DNA of 64,000 bases from Octopus vulgaris. Its lineage: Eukaryota. Made by a program: the position numbers and the translations under genes. The notes under the pieces were generated by a model, which saw nothing but the letters and a program-made list of their open reading frames with translations, did no database searches and was not told the origin of the DNA. The first letter of the stretch is position 1. Every line of letters starts with the position of its first letter. The stretch covers positions 27,838,001-27,902,000 of the forward strand of contig OX597818.1 of the NCBI GenBank assembly GCA_951406725.2. Reading direction: 5' to 3'. Of the stretch, positions 10,690 to 23,092 are shown piece by piece.

Positions 10690-11262
10690 TTTAATATAAT
10701 TTTTAATATATCAACCGGTTTCGCTATCGCTATTCATGATATTATGTTTTACTTATTTGAATATATATTTTTTCTTAAGAAGAAATTTTGTCCATATTGA
10801 GTGTGATGAAATTCACGAGTGAATGACTTCACAAGTAGATAAATAAAGGGAGGTAATTGGTTGTCGTTATTATTGTTATTGTTGTGGGTAAGGGAGATAA
10901 CTCTTTAGCTTTCGGTAATGGGTGGAGATTAGATATGTGTACAGACAGAGACAAGTTTCAAAAACCTTGTTTAGTAGGGGATTTATGTACAGTGATGTAA
11001 TTGTGAATTGAAATACGTAAAAAGATAAAAGTTGGTTATGCATGCATATTTAGATGTGTTTTGTATTTTTCAATGAAAAAAGTTTCTTTATTTAAACGTT
11101 CCAGTTGAGAGATTGCGTCTTTGCACTGGTAGAAAGGGAAGACTGTGAAATTTGGTTTGAGGTTACCTGCACATTTTTCTATATGTTCACTGTATTGTGG
11201 GAAATGGATTTGCTCAAGGTCATACTTGATTGTCCAATATAGTGGTGTCCGCAACACGAGCA
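10690..11262 (-). mobile_element. Penelope-like element 3' fragment (GIY-YIG C-terminus)
   Basis: SEHIEKCAG...FTVFPFYQ...RLNKETFFIEKYKTHLN; same family as 62030-64000. Confidence 0.65.
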
Positions 11263-11264
11263 GG

Positions 11265-13050
11265 TTATTACATAAATTAGAAAGTTTTTCGAAAATCTTA
11301 ACCTAAGTATTACTTATGAATATAACACTAAGATAGTTAATTTTTTAGATACTACTTTAGATTTAAACTCGAAATTGAATTACCCATATAGGAAAGATGG
11401 TGAAATTACTAGATATGTGAATAAATTATCAAATCACCCCCAAATATATTGAAATCGATAGTTAAAAGTATTTCGAGAAGAATTACTAAATTATCATCTA
11501 ACAATGAAATTTTTAATTCCCATTCATATCATTACAATGATACCTTGGCTAGAGCAGGATATAACCAAGAAATTGCCTTCCTCGATCTTGAGAATCTAAC
11601 ACTTTCAAATAAGAAAATGAATAAAAATAGCTCAAATAATATAAAATCTTCAAATTTAAACAAATATGAATCAACCCAAACCGATAACCTATCATATAAA
11701 TCTGATACAAATAGCAGAAATAGCGGACAAGACACAAATAGGTATAAAAAACTTAAGTTAAATAAAATAAATGTAAATGAAAATCTAAAAATTACTCCTA
11801 CTGATAAAAAACCCCAATAAATATATATATATAAGACTGAAAATAATAACAAAATTCTTAGGAATATAGATAGCACTAATCTATCCCACCCTTACTTAAA
11901 TAAGAAATTCAAAAATAAAAATATCATATGGTTGAATATACCTTTCAACTAGGTAATATCTACGAATATATATAGCAAATTTATGTCCATATTAGAAACA
12001 AACTTCCCTACTTCCCATAAATATAATGAAATATTTTCTCGTAAAACAGTTAGAATATCATACTCTACTCTACCAAATATAAGTACCATCATAACTAAAT
12101 TAAATAGAAAAAATATTAAACTAGCCAGAAATGTTGGAAATAACAATAATAATAATAATAAAGGTAAAGATAATAATAATACTAATAATGATAATATTAA
12201 TATAAACAATAATAATAATTATAATAATAATATCAATAATAACATTAATAATGAGAATGATACTAACAATAATAATAGAAATAAAAATAATAATTATATG
12301 AATAGAAATAAAAATAATAAGATATTTCTACTAATGAAAATAATATTATTGAAATTGACGAGGTGCATGATATAAATGATATTAGGACCAATAATATAAA
12401 TGTTATTGAATACAGTTCCAGTACATATGAATGCATAGATACTACTTGTATACCCGATGGTAATAAAATAAACTTATTTGATAAGACAGTAGAGGAAAAA
12501 TTAGAAACTAATAGTCAAAACCATAACTTACCTAATAATATAATTATAGATAATGATGAAACTCTTAATGTTAATAATGGTTTTAATAACAATAATAAAA
12601 GCAACTTATTTCCAAATAATACTAATATCAAAAATCATTCCCCTAGTTGTAATTGTAGAACTAAGTCCCACTGTCCGGTATCTGGTCCAAAACGTATTAC
12701 ATAAATATACAGTAATGACTTCAACAAATAACTATATTTACTTTGGTTGCACAATAGATCTGAAGAAATGTATAAACAATTACAATTCATCCTTTAGACT
12801 TAAACTTAAGGCAAGTTGCACAACATTATCTAATAAAATTTGGGAGTTAAAAGAAAATAAAATTAGATTAGCCTTAAATGAGACATAGTAAAAAAAATAG
12901 TAGAGATGGATGTGAGCTTTGCTCTAAGGAGATATATGAAATTTTGAAACATAGGGATAATTTAAACTTATTAAATAACCATTTTGAACTGGGAGTATTG
13001 TGTATATATTGTACTACTTGTACATTTAAATATTTTTAAAAATAGCATTC
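11265..13050 (+). mobile_element. Degenerate Penelope-like element (RT thumb, Asn-rich linker, CNC motif, GIY-YIG remnant)
   Basis: VNFLDTTLDL...PYRK...SNHP; SISRRITKLSS; ISYSTLPNI; CNCRTKSHCP; YFGCT...TTLSNKIWELK. Confidence 0.8.
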
Positions 13051-13344
13051 TGTTATTCCTAAATTTTAGATCTTAATGTTTTTTATAAATCAATAAGGAA
13101 ATAGCATACCCTGCTACTTTTTAGTATTTAATAAGAAATAGTTATTAAGAAATTTTAATAACGTAAGCAAATTGAATAAAGTTAAATAAAATTTTTTAAA
13201 TTTCTATAATACATAAATTCTATATATCTAATGAAGTTATTAAGTTGTATACTTACTCCACAATAAGTTTTAAAGATTTGGTAATTTTCATATCTATTTC
13301 TGCGAGAATTCTACTCCACCTAATCATTTTCAATATTATAAACT

Positions 13345-14490
13345 ATAACTGGTTGAAGTCCTTTATTTTCGGCCGAAAAGAGGTTGTCACAGTTCTAGGA
13401 CAGCACTCTTCACCCTATGAGATGACATCTGGTGTACCACAGGGATCTGTTGTTGGCCCCCTTTTATTTGTTGCATATGTTAATGACATAGATGCCAACT
13501 TAAAGAATGCCACAGTGCTGAAATATGCAGATGACATGAAGCTATACCTCGAAATAAAGAGGTCAGATCCTGTACACTATAGATCTCTATTGCAAGCAGA
13601 CCTGGACACAATGCAGCAGTGGATCATGGACTGGCAACTCAAGCTGGCTGTAGACAAATGTACCACCATGCATTTTGGGAGGAGAAACCCAGAATCCACC
13701 TATTCCCTCCACAACACTAATCTCAAAAAGTCTTCGTGTGAACGTGACCTGGGTGTTATTGTCGACAGTGATTTGCGTTGGACAAAAGACATCACTAAAA
13801 TTGTCAAGAAGGCTGAGGGTGTCTTGGCATCACTCACCAAATCCTTTGTGAGCTGCTCTCTGACTATCTATCTGCGGCTTTATATAGCTATGGTAAGACC
13901 TCACCTGGAATTTGCATCACCGATCTGGAACTCCTATCTTGCCCAGGATATCAATCGTCTGGAAGCCGTTCAGTGACGTGCAACCAAAAGAATACCATCC
14001 ATCAGGCATTTGCCATATTCTGAATGCCTTACTTTCCTGGGCATGGACACATTGAAACTCCGACGTCTGGCAGCTGACTTGGCAGACACCCATAAAATTA
14101 TCAACCATCTTACAAACGATAACTCTGATCACCTTTTCAAACTCCACCCATCTAACACCCGTGGACATATTTACAAAGTCAGAAAACAGCACAGCTCCCA
14201 TGACTTTAGGAAACATTTTTTCACGCTGGGAGTTGCTGAAGCATGGAACAAACTGCCGGCATCGGTTGTTAGTTGTCGGAGCACTGCATCCTTCAAAACT
14301 TCCATGCTTTCTGAGATTCACCAACACTACACCTGATTTCCTCCCCTTCATACACACACAAGCATGTATCTGATTCATACATTGTTCGCTTTCCAGGCAT
14401 TTGTACATTACTGCATACATTTATACACACATTCTGACAAGTTGTGGTGCACCTGAGCACTGTATGCAATAATTTCATTATTATCATTAC
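13345..14490 (+). mobile_element. CR1/L2-group LINE, 5'-truncated RT and 3' end
   Basis: SGVPQGSVVGPLLF, YADDMKL, ERDLGV, RPHLEFASPIW, FF..RV...WNKLP-like end; in-frame TGA at 13974; ATT-rich tail. Confidence 0.88.
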
Positions 14491-15167
14491 TTATGTTTTC
14501 AGAAATTATCTTTCAAAGCATTAATGACATCTAGAGACAAGGCCTTTTGTTAACCAAACACAATAGAGTACAAAGTATATTAAACCATTTTATAAGTCCG
14601 CACTACTGAGGTAGCTGTGCACTTAAATAATGTGTTCAGGTCATCTCTACCGTTTTTCTGTAGGAATTACAACCAGCATTGATTTCATTATGACATTTCG
14701 TATCTGAGATGTCACGTAAACAAACACTGGAACTGAATATAGAAAAAAGGGAATGGAGTATATGCCATATTTCAGGAGTTTTTGCCCTTTTATCAGCACC
14801 TATCCAACCCTTTAATCATCCATGAATTCATTGTTTGAATAACCACTATATTTAATTCATTGTTGGTTTACATCTGGTATGAAATGTTGTAACAAAATCA
14901 CTGCTGTATTTATACGAATAAACTAAATAATTATATGACTAATATTGAATGCAATAGATGCTTGCCTACATAGGATACACAAAGTATTAAACAGATATGC
15001 AATGGTGAATGTGATCAGCTTTAGTTGTTGAGTATCCAAAGTTACTCCTGCTTCTTGATTACTCTAGCAAGAAGGAAACCTTAGAAACAATCTAATTTTT
15101 ATAAATGTATTTGTGAATGGCTACATCATCATTTTTAATTGTCAGTTTATATATTGAAGTGACGGAA

Positions 15168-15297
15168 TCATCATCATCATCATCATCATCATTTAACGTC
15201 CGCTTTCCATGCTAGCATGGGTTGGACGGTTCAACTGGGGTCTGGGGAGCCCGAAGGCTGCACCAGGCCAGTCAGATCTGGCAGTGTTTCTACAGCT
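15168..15297 (-). mobile_element. Short RTE 3' end inserted in a duplicated intron unit
   Basis: (CAT)n followed by ttaacgtccgctttccatgctagcatgggttgg. Confidence 0.8.
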
Positions 15298-15448
15298 GAG
15301 GTGAGAGACTGATAGATAAAGTACTAGACTTAAAAATGTATATAAAGTAAGTGCTGAAGTTTACTTGTTACTTTCTGTGCAAAAGCAATATATTTAAAAA
15401 CATTCTCCCCAAACAATAAAGATGCCCACTTTTATTTCACTTTTAAAG

Positions 15449-15508
15449 GTGAGAGAGAGCAAGATTCTGAAGATAGTGAGCCCAGATATTTACCTATGAA
15501 ACACCCAG
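15449..15508 (+). CDS. Micro-exon A3 (60 nt): GEREQDSEDSEPRYLPMKHP (no partner B exon)
   Basis: Same exon sequence and splice sites as A2; the downstream intron jumps into the next duplicated unit at about 15533. Confidence 0.7.
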
Positions 15509-16364
15509 GTAAGTACAATCAATATTGTACAATCATAATGCAGTATATAAGCACATATGTGATGAGAATCCATTATATGAATAAACTAAATAATTATATG
15601 ACTAATATTGAATACAATAGATGCTTGCCCACACATGAGACACAAAGTATTAAAGAGATATGCAATGGAGATGCCACATGTAAACAAACACTGGAACTGA
15701 ATATAGAAAAAGGACAATGGAGTATATGCCATATTTCAGGAGTTCTTGCCCTTTTATCAGCACCTATCCAACCCATTAATCATCTACGAATTCATTGTTT
15801 GAATAACCACTATATCTAATTCATTGTTGGTTTACATCTGGCATATCAGGTACGAATTGTTGTAACAAAATCACTGCTTTATTTATATGAATAAACTAAA
15901 TAATTATATGACTAATTTTGAATGCAATAGATGCTTGCCTACACATGATACACAAAGTATTAAACAGATATGCAATGGTGAATGTGATCAGCTTTAGTTG
16001 TTGAGTATACAAAGTTACTCTCGCTTGTCGATTACTCTAGCAAGAAAGAAACCTTAGAAACAATCTAATTTCTATAAATGTATTTGTGAGTGGCTACATC
16101 ATCATTTTTAATTATCAGTTTAAATATTTAAGTGACAGAATCAGTACAATATTGTACTCTAACATTGATGGAGTAAAAATTAGTGTCAATATATTCTGTG
16201 ATCAAAGCCCATTGAGGTAAGAGACTGATAGATAAAGTACTAGGCTTAAAAATGTATGTAAAGTAAGTGCTGAAGTTTACTTGTTACTTTCTGTGCAAAA
16301 GCAATATATTTAAAAACATTCTCCCCAAACAATAATGATGCCCACTTTTATTTCACTTTTAAAG

Positions 16365-16424
16365 GTGAGAGAGAGCAAGATTCTGAAGATAGTGAGCCCA
16401 GATATTTACCTATGAAACACCCAG
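16365..16424 (+). CDS. Micro-exon A4 (60 nt): GEREQDSEDSEPRYLPMKHP
   Basis: Identical to A2, with intact AG/GTAAGT. Confidence 0.75.
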
Positions 16425-16664
16425 GTAAGTACAATCAATATTGTTAGTACATAGCATGATTTTTAAAATGATCTTAAAGAAAAACCAACAATCATGGAAT
16501 GTATATTCTCATTTAGTCTGTTAACATATTTCTACATGCATATATGTGTGTGTGAGTGTGCTTGAGTCCATGTCATTAGTGTTTATTATGGCAATATCAC
16601 AACAATACTAACATGATATAAATGTAATTTATAGCCATGACTTAAATACATTGATTTCTCATAG

Positions 16665-16706
16665 ACATGAATGATGTTTATGTCAGTGTCTCCAGGAAAC
16701 CTGATG
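16665..16706 (+). CDS. Micro-exon B4 (42 nt): DMNDVYVSVSRKPD
   Basis: AG/GTAAGT intact; differs from B3 only by synonymous changes (GTT TCA to GTC TCC). Confidence 0.78.
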
Positions 16707-17413
16707 GTAAGTGCATTAGCAATCCATAAAAAATATTACATGCACTGGAGCAAGAGTTAACAAATATCATGGTTCAGTGTTTCATTGGGTAGTATAGTCA
16801 GTTTAACTTATGCCTTTTATCTTTTACTTGTTTCAGTCATTGCACTGCAGCAATGATAATCCCTCAACTTGGACAAATATTGGTTTCTCATGCCAGACTG
16901 CAAAGCTCTCTTGATATATATAAACCTCGCTAAAGTGACATCAACTGTGCTTGTGCTACGTAAAAGGCATTAAGTCCACTCTGTTGAGTGGTTGGTTTTA
17001 AGAAGGGATTCCAGTTGTAAACATCCTGCCAAATGACTTACAGAATTCTAGTGCAGTCTTCAACCTGATCTGCATTTGTCAAACTGTCCGACTTGTGCCA
17101 GGATGGAATGCGTACAGTAAATGACGAGGATGAGGATGTTGATGATATAATTATGTTCATACAATAGGGTACTTTCAGTTTCTTTCTGCCAAATCCATTT
17201 ATGAGGTTTTTGTTGGCCTGAAGCTTTAGAAGAAAATGCAATGTGAATGTGGTTGGGAAGCTAGCTGCTTATCACACAGTAATACCCGTGCCTATGTATG
17301 TTTGTATATAAATTATAGAACTTATTTTTTTGGTTTCTTTCTATGCAGCATCAAACATTTAAAACATACTCTGCAAACAATAAATATGCCCATTTTTATA
17401 TAATGTCTTGTAG

Positions 17414-17473
17414 ATGTGAAAGAGCAGCATGCTGAAGGTAGTAAGCATGAATATGTATATATAAAAGAACTGG
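17414..17473 (+). pseudogene. Divergent A-type exon copy with lost donor: DVKEQHAEGSKHEYVYIKEL
   Basis: tcttgtAG acceptor and A-like sequence and flanks, but the homologous donor reads GGAAGT; an internal GTAAGC at 17441 could give an in-frame 27-nt exon. Confidence 0.55.
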
Positions 17474-18406
17474 GGAAGTGCTATAAATATTGTTAGTACA
17501 CAGCATGATTTCTGAAATTATCTTAAAAAATTTAATGACATGCAGAGACAAGGTGTTTTGTTAACCAAACATAATAGAGTACAAAGTATATTAAACCATT
17601 TTATAAGTCAATATCATGTACTACTGAGTTAGCTGTGCTCTTAAATCTCGTGTTCAGGTCATCTCTACTATTTTTCTTTTGGAATTATAACCAGCATTGA
17701 TTTCGTTATGACATTTGGTATATGAGATGCCACATGTAAACAAACACTGGAATTGAATATAGAAAAAGGACAATGGAATATATGCGATATTTTAGCAGTT
17801 TTTGCCCTTTTATCAGCACCTATCCAACCTTTAATCATCCATGAATTCGTTGTTTGAATAACCACTATATCAAATACATTGTTGGTTTACATCTGGTATG
17901 AAATGTTGTAACAAAATCACTGCTGTATTTATACGAATAAACTAAATAATTATATGACTAATATTGAATGCAATAGATGCTTGCCTACACATGATACACT
18001 AAGTATTAAACAGATATGCAATGGTGAATGTGATCAGCTTTAGTTGTTGAGTATCCAAAGTTACTCTCGCTTGTTGATTACTCTAGCAAGAAAAAAACCT
18101 TAGAAACAATCTAATTTCTATAAATGTATTTGTGAGTGGCTACATCATCATTTTTAATTATCAGTTTAAATATTGAAGTGATGGAATCAGTACAATATTG
18201 TACTAAACATTGATGGAATAAAAATTAGTGTCAATATATTCTGAGGTCAAAGTCCATTGAGGTGAGAGACTGATATATAAAGTATTAGGCTAAAAGTATA
18301 TATAAAGTATGTCCTGAAGTTTACTTGTTACTTTCTGCGCAATAACAATATATTAAAACATTCTCCCCAAACAATAAAGATGCCCACTTTTATTTCATTT
18401 TTAAAG

Positions 18407-18466
18407 CTGAGAGAGAACAAGATTCTGAAGATAGTGAGCCCAGATATTTACCTATGAAACACCCAG
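18407..18466 (+). CDS. Micro-exon A5 (60 nt): AEREQDSEDSEPRYLPMKHP
   Basis: tttcatttttaaAG acceptor, CAG|GTAAGT donor. Confidence 0.8.
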
Positions 18467-18710
18467 GTAAGTACAATCAATATTGTTAGTACATAGCATG
18501 ATCTTTAAAATGATCTTAAAGAAACACCAACAATCATGAAATGTATATTCTCATTTAGTCTGTTAACATATTTCTACACGCATATATGTGTGTGTGAGTG
18601 TGTTTGAGTCCATGTCATTAGTGTTTATTATGCTAATATCACAAAAATACTAACATGATATAAATGTAATTTATAGCTATAACATAAATACTTGCATAAA
18701 TTTCTCATAG

Positions 18711-18752
18711 ACGTGGATGATGTTTATGTCAGTGTTTCAAGGAAACCTGATG
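18711..18752 (+). CDS. Micro-exon B5 (42 nt): DVDDVYVSVSRKPD
   Basis: tttctcatAG acceptor, ATG|GTAAAT donor. Confidence 0.75.
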
Positions 18753-19604
18753 GTAAATGCATTAGCAATCCATAAATAAATTACATGCACTGGAGCAAGA
18801 GTTAGCAAATATCATGGTTCAGTGTTTCATTGAGCAGTATAGTCAGTTTAATTTATGCCTTTTATCACTTGTTTCAGTCATTGCACTGCAGCAATGATAA
18901 TGACTCAAGTGGAACAAATATTGGTTTCTCATGCCAGACTGCAAAGCTCTCTTGATATATAAAAACCTTGCTAAAATGACCACACCTCTGCTTGAGCCAC
19001 GTAGAAAGCATCAAGTCCACTCTGCTGAGTGGTTGGTTTTAAGAAATGTCTAAGTACTCTCGATATTGTTAGTACACAGCTTGATTTCAGAAAGTATCTT
19101 TAAAAAATATTGCCCCAGCATGGCCGCAGCCTTCAGACTGAAACATTTTAAAGGATTTTAAAGATTTATGTAGAAACAAGGTGTTTTGTTAATCAAACAT
19201 AACATACTCCAATGTATATTAAACCATTTTATAAGTCAATATCATGTACTACTAAGTTAGCTATACGCCTAAATCACGTTTTAAGGTCATCTCTACTGTT
19301 TTTCTTTTGGAATTATAACCAGCTTTGATTTTGTTATGACATTTCGTATCTGAGATGCCACATGTAAACAAACACTAGAATTGAATATAGAAAAAGGACA
19401 ATGGAATATATGCCGTATTTCAGGAGTTTCTGCCCTTTTATCAGCACCTATCCAACCCATAAATTATTCATGAATTCATTGATGGAATAACCATTATATC
19501 TAATAATTCATTGTTGGTTTACATTTGGCATATCAGGTATGAAATGTTGTAACAAAATCACTGCTTGAATACAAAGATGGAGACCAAACACAAAGACATA
19601 TACA

Positions 19605-19642
<38 letters not shown>

Positions 19643-19645
<3 letters not shown>

Positions 19646-20178
19646 TCATCATCATCATCATCATTTAGCGTCCGCGTTCCATGCTAGCATGAGTTGGACG
19701 GTTCAACTGGGGTCTGTGAAGCTGGAAGGCTTCGTCAGGCCCAGTCAGATCTGGCAGTGTTTCTACGGCTGGATGCCCTTCCTAACGCCAACCACTCCGT
19801 GAGTGTAGTGGGTGTTTTTTATGTGCCACCTGCTCAGGTGCCAGACAGAGCTGGCAAACGGCCACGAATGGATGGTGCTTTTACGTGTCACCGGCACGGG
19901 GCCAGGCGATGCTGGCAACGGACACGAACGGATGGTGCTTTTACGTCCCACCGACACGGGGCCACACAGAGCTGGCAAACGGCCACGAACGGATGGTGCT
20001 TTTACGTGTCACCGGCACGGGGGCCAGGCGAGGCTGGCAATGGACACGAACGGATGGTGCTTTTACGTGCCACCGACACGGGGCCAGACAGAGCTGGCAA
20101 ACGGCCACGAACGGTGGTGCTTTTACGTGTCACCGGCACGGGGCCAGGTGAGGCTGGCAACAGACACGAACGGATGGT
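19643..20178 (-). mobile_element. RTE 3'UTR fragment containing six ~60-bp tandem units (AB dimer x3)
   Basis: (CAT)n tail and conserved 3' end; repeated gcttttacgtg(t/c)caccg(g/a)cacggggcca...gctggcaa...cacgaacggatggt. Confidence 0.88.
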
Positions 20179-20204
20179 TCACTTAACCACTGCTTTCTGA
20201 TATA

Positions 20205-20242
<38 letters not shown>

Positions 20243-20327
20243 GTATATGTATATACCTATATTTATATTTCGTTTTTGGATTTGGTTTGCAAGATATTTT
20301 ATATGAGTTCGTGTGTTGAACCATATT

Positions 20328-20634
20328 CTGTTGTGTCTGGGGTGAGTCATTTTCTTTTTGTGCCTTATAATGTAACACACTCACCAGTAAAATTTCCACT
20401 TATGTCTTATTTTTATTTTCCTAAAATTTTCGTTGGGTCTTGCAACCTTTTCAATAGTCTTGACTCTAATTTCTCAGAGATGGATGATGTTTATGTCAGT
20501 GTTTCAAGGAAAGCTATTGTATAGGTTGCAAGATACAACGAAAATTTTAGGAAAATAAGATAAATGGAAATTTTTCTGGTGAATGTTCTACATTATAAGG
20601 CACAAAAAGAAAATGACTCTCTCCAGTCACAACA

Positions 20635-20635
<1 letters not shown>
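20328..20635. repeat. Inverted repeat, ~125-bp arms (20328-20457 and 20514-20635) of an interspersed repeat also at about 60950-61140 and 61885-61975
   Basis: gagtcattttctttttgtgccttataatgta...cctaaaattttcgttg...ttgcaacct is mirrored by aggttgcaa...caacgaaaattttagg...tacattataaggcacaaaaagaaaatgactc. Confidence 0.85.
20478..20513 (+). pseudogene. Truncated B-type exon copy (EMDDVYVSVSRK) lacking its donor, between inverted repeat arms
   Basis: tttctcAG then AGATGGATGATGTTTATGTCAGTGTTTCAAGGAAAG, cut off by an inverted repeat arm beginning at 20514. Confidence 0.6.
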
Positions 20636-20691
<56 letters not shown>

Positions 20692-21319
20692 TACATACAT
20701 ATATATACATATACATATATATATGTTTCTTTTACATGTTTTAGCCCTATGGCTGTGGCCATGCTGGGGTTCTTTTCTCATTTTCCATCTACCAAATACA
20801 CTCACACAGCTTTCGTCGGCCCATGCTCATTGTAGGATACACATGCTGTGAGACTGATCCCAGAACAATGTGTTTCAGAAGTGGATATCTTATGACAAAT
20901 ATACACCTGAAAAGCATTGAGAATGGCAAAATTTCATAACATGTACCAGCAACCTCTGGTAAACATTCCTACTCAGTTTTGATATTTTACCCTTTTATTG
21001 GTCCTTACCTTTAATAATGCAATATATAAGACAAACGCAACCAGTTTCAGCTGACTCCCTCCTAACCTAACATTGGAATATCCATATTTTTGCTACACTG
21101 CTTGAATCTACATCATTCGATGACCATAATGCTTATTCTTACTATGCTGCTAACCCCAGCTCTTACCTCCAGTAGGGGCCACAATCTTAACATACCTGAA
21201 TGCTTGAATGTTGTCAGGTGGAAGAGAGAACAGATGAAGCATGCTTAAGAAACAAACACCACAAGAACCCACTTCTTTTCAGGTGCTGAATAACATCCCT
21301 CCTACCCAATACTTACTAC

Positions 21320-22092
21320 ACATTCGCTTCCCAGTTTTCAGAGTTGGCACTGTCAATGTTGGCACACTGAAAGGGAGGTCTAGCGAGATTGTAGAGATGC
21401 TTGAAAGGTTGATGTATGCTGCATACAAGATGTAAGATGGAGTGGAGCTTCAGCTAGGGTCCTCACAGGCAAGGCACATAGGTATAAAGTTTTCTGGCAA
21501 GGTAACATGGATGGTGTAGGGGGTGTAGGCATAATCCACACAGAGAAATGGGTGGATAAGGTCATAGAGGTTGCTAGGGTGTGTGATAGAGTGCTTAAGC
21601 TCAGGCTAGTCCTGCAGAACAGCACAGCTACAATTATCTCTGCCCCACGTGTGGGGCTAGCAAATGATCAGAAGGACCACTTTTATGATACCCTTCTACA
21701 GGCTACCTCAAAGAGGAGTAGCAACGACCGCATCTTTGTGGTTGGAGACTTTAATGGGTATGTTGGGTGGGAATCTGGTATCTTCACTGGGGTACATGGT
21801 GGCCATGGTATTGGCACCCGAAACGATGAGGGAACCAGGCTACTGGAGTTCTGTGATGCATGTAACCTTTTAATCTGCAACACTAACTTCAGGAAGCCAG
21901 ACAGCCACCTTATAACCTATCAATCAGGGGATTCTGTTAGCCAGCTTGATTTCATTCTCATCAGACAGCAGGACACAGGGCTGCTCTTAAATACAAAGAT
22001 CCTCCCAGATGAAGAATGTGCCCCCCAGCATAGGCTAGTCATTAGTGACTTTAGGCTGGAGGCCAGAAGGATACCAAGAAACAGACCAATCT
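21320..22092 (+). mobile_element. RTE LINE endonuclease fragment (degenerate)
   Basis: RVGTVNVGTLKGR...GVGGVGI...GDFNGYVG...SQLDFIL...PQHRLV, homologous to ORF 8851..10281. Confidence 0.88.
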
Positions 22093-22206
22093 GCTGTATA
22101 TAAAGTAAGTCCTGAAGTTGACTTTCTATTTTCTGTGCAATATCAATATATTTAAGAACTATCTCCCCAAACAATAAAAATGCCCACTTTTATTTCACTT
22201 TTAAAG

Positions 22207-22266
22207 CTGAGAGAGAGCAAGATGCTGAAGATAATGAGCCCAAATATTTACCTATGAAACACCCAG
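22207..22266 (+). CDS. Micro-exon A6 (60 nt): AEREQDAEDNEPKYLPMKHP
   Basis: AG/GTAAGT intact; open frame. Confidence 0.78.
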
Positions 22267-22764
22267 GTAAGTACAATCAATATTGTTAGTACATAGCATG
22301 ATCTTTAAAATGATCTTAAAGAAAAACCAACAATCATGAAATGTATATTCTCATTTAGTCTTTTAACATATTTCTACATGCATACATGTGTGTGTGAGTG
22401 TGTTGAGTATCCAAAGTTACTCCTGCTTGTGGATTACTCTAGCAAGACAGAAGCCTTAGAAAGAATCCAATTTCTATAAATGTATTTGTGAGTGGCTACA
22501 TCATCATTTTTAATTATCAGTTTAAATATTGAAGTGATGGTATGAGTATAATACTGTACTAAACATTGATGGAATAAAAATTAGTGTCAGTACATTCTGA
22601 GATCAAAACCTATTGAGGTGAGAGACTCATAGATAAAGTACTAAGCTTAAGAAAGTATATAAGATTAGTCCTGGTGTTGACTTATTACTTTCTGTGCAAT
22701 ATCAATATATTTAAAACATTATCTCCAAAAAATAAAGATGCCCATTTTTATTTCATTTTTAAAG

Positions 22765-22806
22765 CTGAAGATAGTGAACCTAGATATTTATGCATGAAAC
22801 ACTCAG
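22765..22806 (+). pseudogene. Shortened A-type exon (42 nt, 18-nt in-frame deletion) with GA donor: AEDSEPRYLCMKHS
   Basis: Acceptor intact; deletion lies between two GCTGA repeats; donor reads CAG|GAAAGT. Confidence 0.6.
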
Positions 22807-23050
22807 GAAAGTATTATCAATATTGTTAGTATATAGTATGATCTTCAAAATGATCTTAAAGAAAAACCAACAATCATGAAATGTATATTCTCTTTTAGTC
22901 TGTTAACATATTTCTACATACATATATGTGTGTGTGAGTGTGTTTGAGTCTATCTCATTATTGTTTATTATGGCAATATAACAACAATACTAACATGATA
23001 TAAATGTAATTTATAGCCATGTTTTAAATTCTTGCATTAATGTCTTAAAG

Positions 23051-23092
23051 ACATGGATGATGTTTTTGTCAGTGTTTCAAGGAAACCTGATG
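23051..23092 (+). CDS. Micro-exon B6 (42 nt, Tyr to Phe variant): DMDDVFVSVSRKPD
   Basis: tgtcttaaAG acceptor, ATG|GTAAAT donor. Confidence 0.7.

Noticed and set aside
19812-20178. Regularly spaced ~60-bp repeats resembling a CRISPR array
   Set aside because: The spacers are not unique (two alternating types), there are no cas genes, the context is eukaryotic, and the repeat is part of the RTE 3'UTR.
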